IMG/VR virus record: IMGVR_UViG_3300033156_000312
Coordinates: 18,046 to 82,045 of that record
DNA: 64,000 nt
Reading direction: 5' to 3' (one strand)
DNA from: a virus
This document shows positions 18,342 to 27,688 of the stretch, piece after piece (positions within the stretch are counted from its first letter, which is position 1; each line of letters starts with the position of its first letter). The position numbers were made by a program, and so were the translations under genes. The notes beneath the pieces are model-generated. The model worked only from the letters and a program-made list of their open reading frames with translations, ran no database searches and was not told where the DNA came from.

Positions 18342-18721
18342 TGCGTTATTGGTTATTTATAGGACGTTGGAGTCCTTTTCATAATGGACATAAGTATATA
18401 ATAGATAGTTATGTCAATACAGGGAAACCAGTCTGTATTGCTGTGCGAGATAGCAAAGAAAAATATTCTACTGCATTAAGAAAAATGATGATTGAAGCTG
18501 TTTATAAGAAAGAAATTGAAGAAGAACGAGTAAAAGTCATTATTATTCCTGATATAGAAGGAGTTGCAGTTGGAAGAAAAATTGGATATTCAATCATTCA
18601 AGTTCCTGATAAAATTAAAAATATTTCTGGAACAAAAATCAGAGCTGGACAATTAAATGATGTTCCTTCAGAAGTGCAAAAAATTTTAGATGAATGGAAA
18701 AAATATAACGAATCTCGATAA
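18326..18721 (+). CDS. Small HxGH nucleotidyltransferase (candidate minimal ATP sulfurylase; NadM-like alternative); start probably 18338
   Basis: FIGRWSPFHNGH, VGRKIGY, ISGTKIR. Confidence 0.7.
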   Translation: METKMMRYWLFIGRWSPFHNGHKYIIDSYVNTGKPVCIAVRDSKEKYSTALRKMMIEAVYKKEIEEERVKVIIIPDIEGVAVGRKIGYSIIQVPDKIKNISGTKIRAGQLNDVPSEVQKILDEWKKYNESR

Positions 18722-18756
18722 ATGATTTTATATGAATTATCGAAAAGAGATTTTAA

Positions 18757-19545
18757 ATGAGAAAAAGAATAAATAAATTACCGAGCTTTTTGATTATAGG
18801 AATGGCAAAATGCGGAACAACCAGTTTATATAATATGTTAATTCAACATCCAAAAATTCAACCCGCCAAAAGAAAGGAATTATATTTTTTTGAAAAAGAT
18901 GATATATATGAAAAAGGGATAAATTTTTATAGAAAACAATTTAATTCTTGTGCAGAAGATGAAATTTGTGGAGAAGCGACTCCTTATTACTTATATTACA
19001 AAAAGACTCCTGCAAGAGTTAAAAATCTTCTTCCTAATGTAAAATTGATAGTATTATTAAGAAATCCAATTACTCGAAGTTACTCTCATTTTTATGGATA
19101 TTTAAGATTATGTAAAAAGAAAAAGCAAATTCCCATAGCATTAACTTTGAAAGAATTTTTAGAAAAAATTGAAAAAAATCCAGAAGTTAAACTTAATTAT
19201 AGAGGACAAAATTTTCTGAAGAAAAGTATATATGTAGATATGCTCAAACATTGGTTTAAATATTTTTCAAGAAATCAAATTATGATTATTAAAAGCGAAG
19301 ATTTTTTTAAATCCCCTCAATTGATTACGAATACTGTATTTGAATTTTTAGGTCTGTCAAAATATAACGTAAAAATAAGACATGACTTAAAAACCGAAGA
19401 AATGAATTTGGTATTATTAAAAGTCAGGAGATATGCTAAATTATCACAATTTGTCATAGATTATTTGAAAAATTATTATGCTCAATATAATAAACGACTA
19501 TATCAATTAATTGAACGAGACATGAATTGGGAGAATGAAATATGA
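18757..19545 (+). CDS. PAPS-dependent sulfotransferase (heparan-sulfate-ST-like family)
   Basis: 5'-PSB FLIIGMAKCGTTSL, KE..FF, GEATP.Y, 3'-PB LLRNPITRSYS. Confidence 0.92.
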   Translation: MRKRINKLPSFLIIGMAKCGTTSLYNMLIQHPKIQPAKRKELYFFEKDDIYEKGINFYRKQFNSCAEDEICGEATPYYLYYKKTPARVKNLLPNVKLIVLLRNPITRSYSHFYGYLRLCKKKKQIPIALTLKEFLEKIEKNPEVKLNYRGQNFLKKSIYVDMLKHWFKYFSRNQIMIIKSEDFFKSPQLITNTVFEFLGLSKYNVKIRHDLKTEEMNLVLLKVRRYAKLSQFVIDYLKNYYAQYNKRLYQLIERDMNWENEI

Positions 19546-20285
19546 AACTAAAAAAAATCAATAAAAAAACATTTAGTTGGCAAGGAATAGCTTATAGAAT
19601 TTTCGTTATTGGTGTTAATGCTATATTTTTTAAAGTTGGAGCTAAACAAGCTATGCAACAATATGGTGCTATTGGAGCTTCTTTGATTTGGAATAGTATT
19701 AATATGATATTATATTTTTTATATCATGGAGTATTTTTAAGATTATTTTCTTTACGAATTGAAACTAATGGGACTGTAATTTGGTTTACGGGACTAAGTG
19801 GAAGCGGAAAAACTACGATAAGTGATAAATTAGCACAAGAACTATTACAAAGAGGATATAAAGTCCAAAAATTAGATGGAGATATATTAAGAAAAACAAT
19901 CAATAAAGATTTAGGATTTTCATTGGAAGATAGAAAAATCAACTTAGAACGTGCTATTGCAATTGCTAAAATATTAGCAGAAAATAAAATTATAGTATTA
20001 TGTTCTTTTATTTCTCCTGATAGAAATATAAGAAATAAATTCAGAAAACAAATAAAAAATTTCATAGAGATTTATGTTAATTGTCCTTTATCGATTTGTA
20101 AACAACGAGACCCTAAAGGATTATATCGACAGGCATGTGCAGGGAGAATATCGAATTTTACGGGAATTTCTCAAAAATATGAGCCTCCTTTACATCCACA
20201 TATAGAATTAAAAACTGATTTGGAAAGTATAGAAAATAGCACAAAAAAAATTATGAATTATTTAAGAATTCAAAAATTAATTTGA
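19542..20285 (+). CDS. cysC: Adenylyl-sulfate (APS) kinase with N-terminal membrane domain
   Basis: WFTGLSGSGKTT, LDGD, DLGFS.EDR, SFISP, RDPKGLY, NFTGIS..YEPP; hydrophobic first ~70 aa. Confidence 0.92.
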   Translation: MKLKKINKKTFSWQGIAYRIFVIGVNAIFFKVGAKQAMQQYGAIGASLIWNSINMILYFLYHGVFLRLFSLRIETNGTVIWFTGLSGSGKTTISDKLAQELLQRGYKVQKLDGDILRKTINKDLGFSLEDRKINLERAIAIAKILAENKIIVLCSFISPDRNIRNKFRKQIKNFIEIYVNCPLSICKQRDPKGLYRQACAGRISNFTGISQKYEPPLHPHIELKTDLESIENSTKKIMNYLRIQKLI

Positions 20286-20289
20286 GACA

Positions 20290-20907
20290 GTGATGAAAAC
20301 TAAAAAACGTAATCGCAAAGGCAAAAATAACAGTAATTATATAGATGGAAGATGTTTAAAAAAGCATTACTGTAAAGATTGTGGAAAAAAGATTTCTTTA
20401 CAAACTGCTATATATGGAAAAGGAAAATGTAATTCTTGTTCTCATATAATACACGGAGAATATTTAAAAGTTCATTATTGTATAGATTGTAATAAAGAAA
20501 TAGGAAATAGAGCTACAAGATGTAGAAAATGTGCAGACAAATTACATAGCGAAAGAATGTCAACTAAGTTGAATTATTTTGCTGGAAAACACTTTACAAA
20601 AGAAAAAAACCCGAATTGGCAATATGGACTTTCATTTGAAGAATATGGTGCAGAATTCGATAATGCTCTCAAAGAACAAGTAAGACAAAGAGACCATTAT
20701 AAGTGTAGAATTTGTGGATGTAGTCAAGTAGAGAACGAAAGACAGTTAGATGTTCATCATATTGATTATGATAAGAAAAATAACGATATGAACAATCTTT
20801 TGACTTTATGTGTGCATTGTCATAGAAAGACCAATCACAATCGAGATTATTGGTTTGCTTATTGTCGATATATTATTTCATATTTAAAAAGAAATAAGTT
20901 AATATAA
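20290..20907 (+). CDS. HNH endonuclease with Zn-finger repeats
   Basis: CxxC repeats, RD.Y.C..CG, LDVHHIDYDK.NN...NL.TLC..CH. Confidence 0.9.
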   Translation: MMKTKKRNRKGKNNSNYIDGRCLKKHYCKDCGKKISLQTAIYGKGKCNSCSHIIHGEYLKVHYCIDCNKEIGNRATRCRKCADKLHSERMSTKLNYFAGKHFTKEKNPNWQYGLSFEEYGAEFDNALKEQVRQRDHYKCRICGCSQVENERQLDVHHIDYDKKNNDMNNLLTLCVHCHRKTNHNRDYWFAYCRYIISYLKRNKLI

Positions 20908-21491
20908 TGAATATAACAAACACCAAAAAATTCTTATTTGAAATAGCGGATGTGCTTGAGAAACACAATATAGAATTTTGTATATTTGCAGGCAATCTTT
21001 TAGGTTTAATTAGAGACGGAGATTTCATTCCATGGGATAAAGATATTGATTTAGCAGTGCGAACTCGCTTTTGGAACGATACTAAATTATTCAAAAAAGT
21101 TGCTGAAGATTTAATAAGAAAAAATATTTCACTTGATTATATTTGGAATAATGATATTTTAAGAATAGGAAAATATGGAATTCCTTGTCATATTATTTAC
21201 TTACGAAAAAATAATAAAGAATATTATCAATATGCAAATTCAGGGAAACATAGTTTCCCTTTAGAATGTATGAATACTTTTGATGAAATAAAATTTTGCG
21301 GAAGAAAATTTAAGATTCCTCATAATTCAAAAAAGTTATTAGAAAACACTTTTGGGAAATCATGGAAAATTCCTATGAAAGAATCAGCATGCAAAAGATT
21401 AAATAAAACTAAACTAAATTGGAAATCAGTAATTAATAAAGACAGATTTCATCTGAATTATATTATACCGTTTTTTGAGGAGGAACAATGA
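20907..21491 (+). CDS. LicD-family phosphotransferase
   Basis: GNLLGLIRDGDFIPWDKDIDL; P......L...FG..W..P. Confidence 0.88.
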   Translation: MNITNTKKFLFEIADVLEKHNIEFCIFAGNLLGLIRDGDFIPWDKDIDLAVRTRFWNDTKLFKKVAEDLIRKNISLDYIWNNDILRIGKYGIPCHIIYLRKNNKEYYQYANSGKHSFPLECMNTFDEIKFCGRKFKIPHNSKKLLENTFGKSWKIPMKESACKRLNKTKLNWKSVINKDRFHLNYIIPFFEEEQ

Positions 21492-22117
21492 GATATGTCA
21501 TAGGATTTGGGACAGGAAGAAGCGGAACAGTATCTCTCGCTAAATTGCTTAATGATTGTAAAAATGTAAACGTATCTCATGAATTTAGAGATAGAGGAGT
21601 TTATCATAGATTATCATGGAAGTTTAAGCAAAACGAAGCTAAAGAGAGATTAGATAATTTGAGAAAATTAGAAGGTAAATTAGTAGGAGATGTTGCACAT
21701 TATTATTTGAACTATATAGATTATTTTGTAGAAAAATTAGAAACAGATATTAAATTTGTGCTTCTTGGAAGAGATGCCGAAGAAACTGTCAAATCATTTA
21801 TGAAGAAATCAAGAGGATTCAATCATTGGATGTCTCCTCATACAAAAGTATTTAAAGATGGCAAATACAGACATATAGATTGGGATAGAACATTTCCAAA
21901 ATATAATGATGCCACATCAAAGAGACAAGCTATTTCTTTCTATGTAAATCATTATTATATTAGATGTATGGGATTAATAGGTCTATACCCAAAACGAATA
22001 TTTCTATTAGATATAAAAGAAATAAATAATAAGAAAAAACAAAAAGAACTATTTGATTTTCTTGAAATTCCCGAAGAAGATAGAGTATATCAGAGAATTT
22101 GGGAGAATAAATCATGA
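21488..22117 (+). CDS. Second sulfotransferase-like P-loop protein
   Basis: IGFGTGRSGTVSL, SHE, L.R....V.SF, LFDFL. Confidence 0.75.
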   Translation: MRYVIGFGTGRSGTVSLAKLLNDCKNVNVSHEFRDRGVYHRLSWKFKQNEAKERLDNLRKLEGKLVGDVAHYYLNYIDYFVEKLETDIKFVLLGRDAEETVKSFMKKSRGFNHWMSPHTKVFKDGKYRHIDWDRTFPKYNDATSKRQAISFYVNHYYIRCMGLIGLYPKRIFLLDIKEINNKKKQKELFDFLEIPEEDRVYQRIWENKS

Positions 22118-22680
22118 ATCCTACTATAAAAGATATACAAAAACTAATGAACAATAAAACAATTTGTCTAATTGGCAACTCACGGTCTATATTGAAGAAT
22201 GAAAAAGATATAGATATATATGATGTTATTTGTAGATGTAATAGAGGAAAACCTCAAGGAAAATCTAAATATATAGGTAGTAGAACAGACATATTATTTT
22301 TATCAACGAAAATAGATGGAGTCAGATTACAGAGAAACTTTAATCCCCGATTCATAATCTGGCTCCCCCCTGGGCGAAAGCGAGTTACACCTTTCGTAAA
22401 AAACAATGCCTATTTCGTGCCCAAAGAAGAATGGCAAATATTATACGATAAACTTTCTGGAGAATATCGTCCTTCAACAGGACTTATGGCTTTGAATTTT
22501 ATACTAAATCATCTTGAATTTAAGAAGCTCATTATTTACGGATTTGACTTCTTCAAATCTGGGACATGGTATCATCAAATAAAGAGCGGAGTGCATGAAG
22601 CTCATAATCCAGAAGAAGAGAAAAAGATAATAATAGAAATGATTAAGAATCGACCAAACGTGGAAATGAGAATAGAATGA
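22114..22680 (+). CDS. GT29 (sialyltransferase)-like glycosyltransferase
   Basis: Sialyl-L-like ICLIGNS..ID.YD.ICRCN..GSRTD; S-like PSTGLMA..YGFDFF; VS-like H....E. Confidence 0.8.
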   Translation: MNPTIKDIQKLMNNKTICLIGNSRSILKNEKDIDIYDVICRCNRGKPQGKSKYIGSRTDILFLSTKIDGVRLQRNFNPRFIIWLPPGRKRVTPFVKNNAYFVPKEEWQILYDKLSGEYRPSTGLMALNFILNHLEFKKLIIYGFDFFKSGTWYHQIKSGVHEAHNPEEEKKIIIEMIKNRPNVEMRIE

Positions 22681-23291
22681 TAATAATATCTTATGCAACT
22701 AAAAATACTCCTTATATGCAAGTAATTGAGCAAAGATTAAAACCTACTTTAAAGAAATTTAAGCTTAAATATGATATAGAATATCCAGAAGATTTTGGTT
22801 CATGGCAAGAAAATACTCATTATAAAGCCGAATTTATCAAGAAGATGCTTCTAAGACATAAAGAAGCTGTCTGTTTTATTGATTCTGATGCTACTATAGA
22901 AAAATATCCTAAATTATTATATAAATTACAAGACTACGATATGAGTTTACATTATCTTGATTTTGATTTACAATGGAGAAAAAAATCAGGCACAAAACGA
23001 GAAGCTCTTAGTGGCACTTTATATTTAAATTATAATGAAAAAATGTTGAAATTTCTTGATGACTGGATAGCTGAAAATGAAATCGATGCTCAATGGGAAC
23101 AAAGAAATATGCAAAAAGTATTGGAAAGATGGAAAGATAAATTGAGAATATATCCTCTCCCATACGAATATATAGTTATAGTATATGGGGGAGATAGAAT
23201 ACCTTCTCATATGGTCAAAAAAGAAGATGTAGTAATTCTCCATCATCAAGCGTCCAGACGTTATAGAAATTGGAAACGGAGAAAAAAATGA
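22677..23291 (+). CDS. GT-A nucleotide-diphospho-sugar transferase
   Basis: K..FI..L, DSD (DxD), SG..Y, EQ, LP.EY, HHQASR. Confidence 0.75.
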   Translation: MIIISYATKNTPYMQVIEQRLKPTLKKFKLKYDIEYPEDFGSWQENTHYKAEFIKKMLLRHKEAVCFIDSDATIEKYPKLLYKLQDYDMSLHYLDFDLQWRKKSGTKREALSGTLYLNYNEKMLKFLDDWIAENEIDAQWEQRNMQKVLERWKDKLRIYPLPYEYIVIVYGGDRIPSHMVKKEDVVILHHQASRRYRNWKRRKK

Positions 23292-23653
23292 TTTTAATGA
23301 TATGTGCTATAATAACAAATATAGGAGATTATGTTACTACATTAATAGGATTTCATTTTGGTTGCACTGAAGCAAATCCGTTAGCAAGATGTTTATTTAA
23401 AATTCCGATTATAGCATTTTTGATTAAGATACCATTAGTAACCTATTGGTTAATTACAGGAAATAGTTTATTACATTTAATAGCGACTATTTTGCTCGGT
23501 TTTTGTTGTATTAATAATATAATTCAAATTATGAAAATGAGGAGAGTAATAAAATGGATAAGCCAAGCCAACTCATTATCATTGGGGGCGGCCCGTCTAT
23601 ACGTGAAGGAATTAGTAAGGGTCTATGGCAAAGAATACAAAATAAATTTGTAA
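23270..23653 (+). CDS. Membrane protein (DUF5658-like); start probably 23288
   Basis: D..TT..G....E.NPL motif and three hydrophobic helices. Confidence 0.6.
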   Translation: METEKKMILMICAIITNIGDYVTTLIGFHFGCTEANPLARCLFKIPIIAFLIKIPLVTYWLITGNSLLHLIATILLGFCCINNIIQIMKMRRVIKWISQANSLSLGAARLYVKELVRVYGKEYKINL

Positions 23654-24246
23654 TAGGAATCAATTTCTCCTATAAGTATCACAAAGACCCCACAATTCAA
23701 TGTTTTCTCGATTGGAAATTTTTTCAACAGAATAAAGAAGAAATGTTAAAGCTTCCTTTGATAGTTACAAAAAAACATAACAAGATTTCTGGTAATAATA
23801 TGATTTATTTACGACCTACAACTAATTATCGTAGAGATTTAAGTAGTGGGGCGTGGAAGGGTTCTTTAACAGGTATTTATGCTGTCTCTTTAGGGATTTA
23901 TTTATTAGATGAAGGGACAATTTTTTTGTTGGGCTACGATTTCGATGGCATTTCACAGAAGGATTCAAAAAAACCTCTTACACATTATTTTCAGGGACAA
24001 TATAAACATAATGGGGTAGGAAAAGTGAGTTATTATAGAACTAAAGGCAAAGCTCAAAATGATTTTCATCCGTTCGCTAAAGAGAAAAAAGTTAAGATAT
24101 ATAATGTCTCTCTAAATAGTAAGATACCACAATTTGAGAAGATAAGTTACGATAAATTCTTTTCTCTTTTAAATAATAAAAAATATAATCAAGTAGTATT
24201 ACGAGAGTGGATTAAGAATAAATTAAAAGGAAAACCTGAGAAATAG
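23554..24246 (+). CDS. Maf/DUF115-like (GT29-related fold) transferase
   Basis: IIGGGPSI, VIGIN, F.D, TG..A...A-like, IFLLGYD, IYN.S..S. Confidence 0.65.
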   Translation: MDKPSQLIIIGGGPSIREGISKGLWQRIQNKFVIGINFSYKYHKDPTIQCFLDWKFFQQNKEEMLKLPLIVTKKHNKISGNNMIYLRPTTNYRRDLSSGAWKGSLTGIYAVSLGIYLLDEGTIFLLGYDFDGISQKDSKKPLTHYFQGQYKHNGVGKVSYYRTKGKAQNDFHPFAKEKKVKIYNVSLNSKIPQFEKISYDKFFSLLNNKKYNQVVLREWIKNKLKGKPEK

Positions 24247-24423
24247 TTATATCTAAAGGAGGTAAGAAAATGAATAGAAGAAAAACTGAAAAATTGATGC
24301 GATTAAAAGGATGTGAAGACTGTAAAAATTTAACTTGTCTCTGGAATAGTGAAGTAGCCACTAAAAGTGTGGCAAATGTTTTTACATCTAAATATAATTG
24401 TAATACAAGTAAAAGGAAATAAA

Positions 24424-24894
24424 ATGGAAATAAAAAGAGGAGATTTAATTCTTCTATATTATAGATTCGACCCTATTGCTTGGCTTATTAGAAGAAAAAC
24501 ACATAGCAAATGGAATCATATAGGAGTAGCATTGCATGGAACTAAAATTATAGATTTAAGAGCTACTAAGCTTCGCTATGCAAAGATTTCTCGCTTTACT
24601 AAAAGCTGTATTTATAAAATCAAAATCTTACGCATTAAAAATTTAACTCCAGAAATAAGAGAACATTTAATTAACACTCTTGCGAAACAATCAGAAATAA
24701 GACATTATTTCAAGATGTTGTGGAAATTTTTTCTGATGTTCTTCAATATCCCTACTGATATTTGTCTTAGTTGCTCAGAAGTAATCGCACAAGCATTAAG
24801 AGAGAAGAATATAGACATTTGCTCTGGAAAAGATGTGCGATTGATTACTCCCGAAGATTTTAACAAAAGTAAAGAGGTCTATCATGTCTCCTAA
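24424..24894 (+). CDS. Permuted papain-like (YaeF/YiiX, C92) amidase
   Basis: GDLIL, I...T.S.WNH.G, CSE..A, TPED. Confidence 0.75.
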   Translation: MEIKRGDLILLYYRFDPIAWLIRRKTHSKWNHIGVALHGTKIIDLRATKLRYAKISRFTKSCIYKIKILRIKNLTPEIREHLINTLAKQSEIRHYFKMLWKFFLMFFNIPTDICLSCSEVIAQALREKNIDICSGKDVRLITPEDFNKSKEVYHVS

Positions 24895-25558
24895 AATAGC
24901 AATTCTTGTTCCATGTTACAATGAAGAAAATCATATTAACAATATGATTTCTAAATTAAATAAATTGTCGTTACCTTATTTGTTTGTAAATGATGGTTCT
25001 ACAGATTGCACTCATAAAATTCTACATAGTATTCAATGCCCTTATATTGAGTATTATCCAAACAAAGGCAAAGGATATGCCATAAAAAAAGGAGCTAAAC
25101 ATTTAATAGCTCAAGGATATGATTATATTTTGATTATAGATTCAGACGAACAAAATGATATGAATGATTATTCACAATTTGTGAATGTTTTAAAAATACA
25201 TCCAGATGCAAAAATTGTTATAGGAAATAGATTTCATAACCCTCAAAACATGCCAACTATAAGATATTATACTAATAAATGCATGTCTTGGATTATATCC
25301 AAATTAGCTCATCAAAAAATAACAGATACTCAATGTGGGTTTAGATTAGTGCATAAAGAGGTATTTAAAATAAGAACAAAAAGTTTACGATTTGAATACG
25401 AATCCGAACAATTAATCAAAGCTGGAAGAAAAGGATATAAAATAGTATCGACTCCTATCAAATGTATTTATTTTAAAGATAGAAAATCCAAAATTAGACC
25501 TTTACAAGATACATTCAGATTTTTTAAAATGTTATTAAATATTTATTTAATAAAATAG
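24884..25558 (+). CDS. GT2 glycosyltransferase (DPM1/GtrB-like)
   Basis: VPCYNEE, VNDGSTD, NKGKG.A, DSD.Q, IGNR, DTQCGFR, FE.E.E. Confidence 0.9.
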   Translation: MSPKIAILVPCYNEENHINNMISKLNKLSLPYLFVNDGSTDCTHKILHSIQCPYIEYYPNKGKGYAIKKGAKHLIAQGYDYILIIDSDEQNDMNDYSQFVNVLKIHPDAKIVIGNRFHNPQNMPTIRYYTNKCMSWIISKLAHQKITDTQCGFRLVHKEVFKIRTKSLRFEYESEQLIKAGRKGYKIVSTPIKCIYFKDRKSKIRPLQDTFRFFKMLLNIYLIK

Positions 25559-27678
25559 GGATGAACCCACCAATTTTCATTATATTGAAATGGCAGTGGA
25601 CAATTTGAATGGTCTGTTGATTCGTAATCTATTAATTGAGTTATTGTATATTTTCCCCAAAACCATAAGGAATTATAATCACATCTTGTGTCTCCCCCTC
25701 CTATATAAGTCGGAGCATCTGGACTTTGCCATGCAGAAGAAGGACTATCAGGAGTTACAAAATAGTTATACATATCCAAAGACCAAGGCCAATCATCAGC
25801 GGGACATAAATTTGGAACATTATAATATTTAATTCCTGCGTATATGTTTTTATCTATAGGATAACTTGAATCAGCAAGAATAATATCCCCATTCGCATAA
25901 AATTTACTGATTGTTAATTCTTTACAACAATATTGAATAGTGCCAGTTACTTTTGGAGGCGTTTTGCCATGCACATTATCCCCAAACCATACAGTATCAG
26001 CAAATATCCAATAAACTGTATCTTCTGGCCCATAACTTATCACCTCTCCAGGTTCTATTCTTGTCCATTCTTTTCCTCGAATTGTTACAGTTGCAGATTT
26101 ATCGATAACGTCTGAATGTAATAAAGTTATATGAGTAGTTCCAAATAAATAACTTTCATTATGATATTCTTCTGCCAAATACATAGCCCCATCAGTTTTA
26201 GTCAATATACGATTATAACTTCCTCTGGTTAAAGCATTTTGCCAAGAAAATTCCCATTCCGTTTCATCTAAAACTTGAACGGCCTTATAAGAAGTTCCAA
26301 ACAGTTTGGTCTTTACTGAAGCATATCTGTTTATTTTTTTGTTTCTCTCCAAATTATCCATATCCCATCTATTAGGAACATACATAGTGAATTTATATAC
26401 TGATTTATCTTCTTTTACCGAACCAGCAGAGTTATATAAATTATCAAAACAGTTCATATCTATCGCAGGAGACCATGTTGCCCAAGAATGACATAAATCC
26501 CATTGTCTAATATAACTTTCTCGTTTTATTGAGCTTAATTCATATGTTGGAGTAAATACTCCTATATGCTGATATATTCCTCCGTCTTTATGTTCTAACG
26601 TTACTTGTTTACCTGTTGCAATAGCATCCTCTAAAAACCCGCATCCAACAAAATTACGCTCAGAAAGATTTTGAGGAGAAACTTTATATTCATCTAATTT
26701 AATTTCATTAGGTCGTGCATCGCTGAGAATTGTGATTTGAAGTTTTATATCAGATTCTATAGTATTCCCAGGGAAAAAAGTGCACCATTGGTCAGTTCTG
26801 CTTTCATGTCCTGAATATTTAATAAATTTACCCAAACAATGAGGAATTGGAACAGTATCATCACAACCACAGGCCCAATCGTATCCTCCAATACCATAAT
26901 ATCCCTGTTCAGCACATTTGCCTCCTGAAGCTTCGTAACATCCCTTATCTGTTGGCCCGAAGTATCTTCCTATTTGTTGTTGTAAATAAAAAATCCAATA
27001 ATAATGACAATAAGCATCTCCTGTATGCCAATTCGCCCAATTGAACCACGATAAATTCCCTTTTAAATATCTTGTATTAGCTCGATAAATAATTGCAGGA
27101 ATCATTGGAATTTCAGAAGGGATTGGATGTCTTAAATCTTCAAAATGTATGTTTTGAATTGAACCTTTCCAATTCTTTAAATCGGGAGGAATCCAATCGT
27201 ATTGATAATAGAGGTCGCCCACTGAACGCCTTTCATTTCCTTCATCATCATAATTGAAATATTGTTCTTTAGTAATACCGATACATTCCAATATTTTCTC
27301 TGTAGAATCTCTAATCTCTTGAATTAATTGTTTTGTAACTAAAAAATAGGCAGGGTCTCCTGGAACTAATGATTCGGGAATAGGACTAAATTCTGTTCTT
27401 TCAGAAGTAGGAATTCCTGCATCTATCTCTTGTTGTTTTCTGGCATCTTGGATTTCTTGTAAATGGTCTTTATGTATAACAGTAATCCCAGAATATAACT
27501 GTTTATCATTTAAATCAGTTACATATCCTGGGATTCCATTTAATGTAAGTAAAGGGTCATCTTTCCAAGTATAAATCCCTTGATTACGATAATACTCTCT
27601 TAGAGCTTCATCTGCTATTGGGTCTCCAGAGTTTATTATCCTACTAAAACACACTGGACATCTCTTGACATCTGCCAT
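25543..27678 (-). CDS. Distal tail / receptor-binding protein, Cys/Trp-rich
   Basis: Last gene of tail module; aromatic beta-rich C-terminus. Confidence 0.5.
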   Translation of the reverse strand: MADVKRCPVCFSRIINSGDPIADEALREYYRNQGIYTWKDDPLLTLNGIPGYVTDLNDKQLYSGITVIHKDHLQEIQDARKQQEIDAGIPTSERTEFSPIPESLVPGDPAYFLVTKQLIQEIRDSTEKILECIGITKEQYFNYDDEGNERRSVGDLYYQYDWIPPDLKNWKGSIQNIHFEDLRHPIPSEIPMIPAIIYRANTRYLKGNLSWFNWANWHTGDAYCHYYWIFYLQQQIGRYFGPTDKGCYEASGGKCAEQGYYGIGGYDWACGCDDTVPIPHCLGKFIKYSGHESRTDQWCTFFPGNTIESDIKLQITILSDARPNEIKLDEYKVSPQNLSERNFVGCGFLEDAIATGKQVTLEHKDGGIYQHIGVFTPTYELSSIKRESYIRQWDLCHSWATWSPAIDMNCFDNLYNSAGSVKEDKSVYKFTMYVPNRWDMDNLERNKKINRYASVKTKLFGTSYKAVQVLDETEWEFSWQNALTRGSYNRILTKTDGAMYLAEEYHNESYLFGTTHITLLHSDVIDKSATVTIRGKEWTRIEPGEVISYGPEDTVYWIFADTVWFGDNVHGKTPPKVTGTIQYCCKELTISKFYANGDIILADSSYPIDKNIYAGIKYYNVPNLCPADDWPWSLDMYNYFVTPDSPSSAWQSPDAPTYIGGGDTRCDYNSLWFWGKYTITQLIDYESTDHSNCPLPFQYNENWWVHPYFIK

Positions 27679-27688
27679 ACCTTACTCC

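Noticed and set aside
19542-20285. cysC as an assimilatory sulfur-metabolism auxiliary gene or part of DNA phosphorothioation
   Set aside because: No PAPS reductase, sulfite reductase, cysteine desulfurase or dnd/ssp genes; its neighbours are sulfotransferases
17331-25558. Cluster as a DNA hypermodification system
   Set aside because: Not excluded, but no hydroxymethylase, TET/JBP, base kinase or deazaguanine genes are visible in this window; enzyme families point to surface-type glycans
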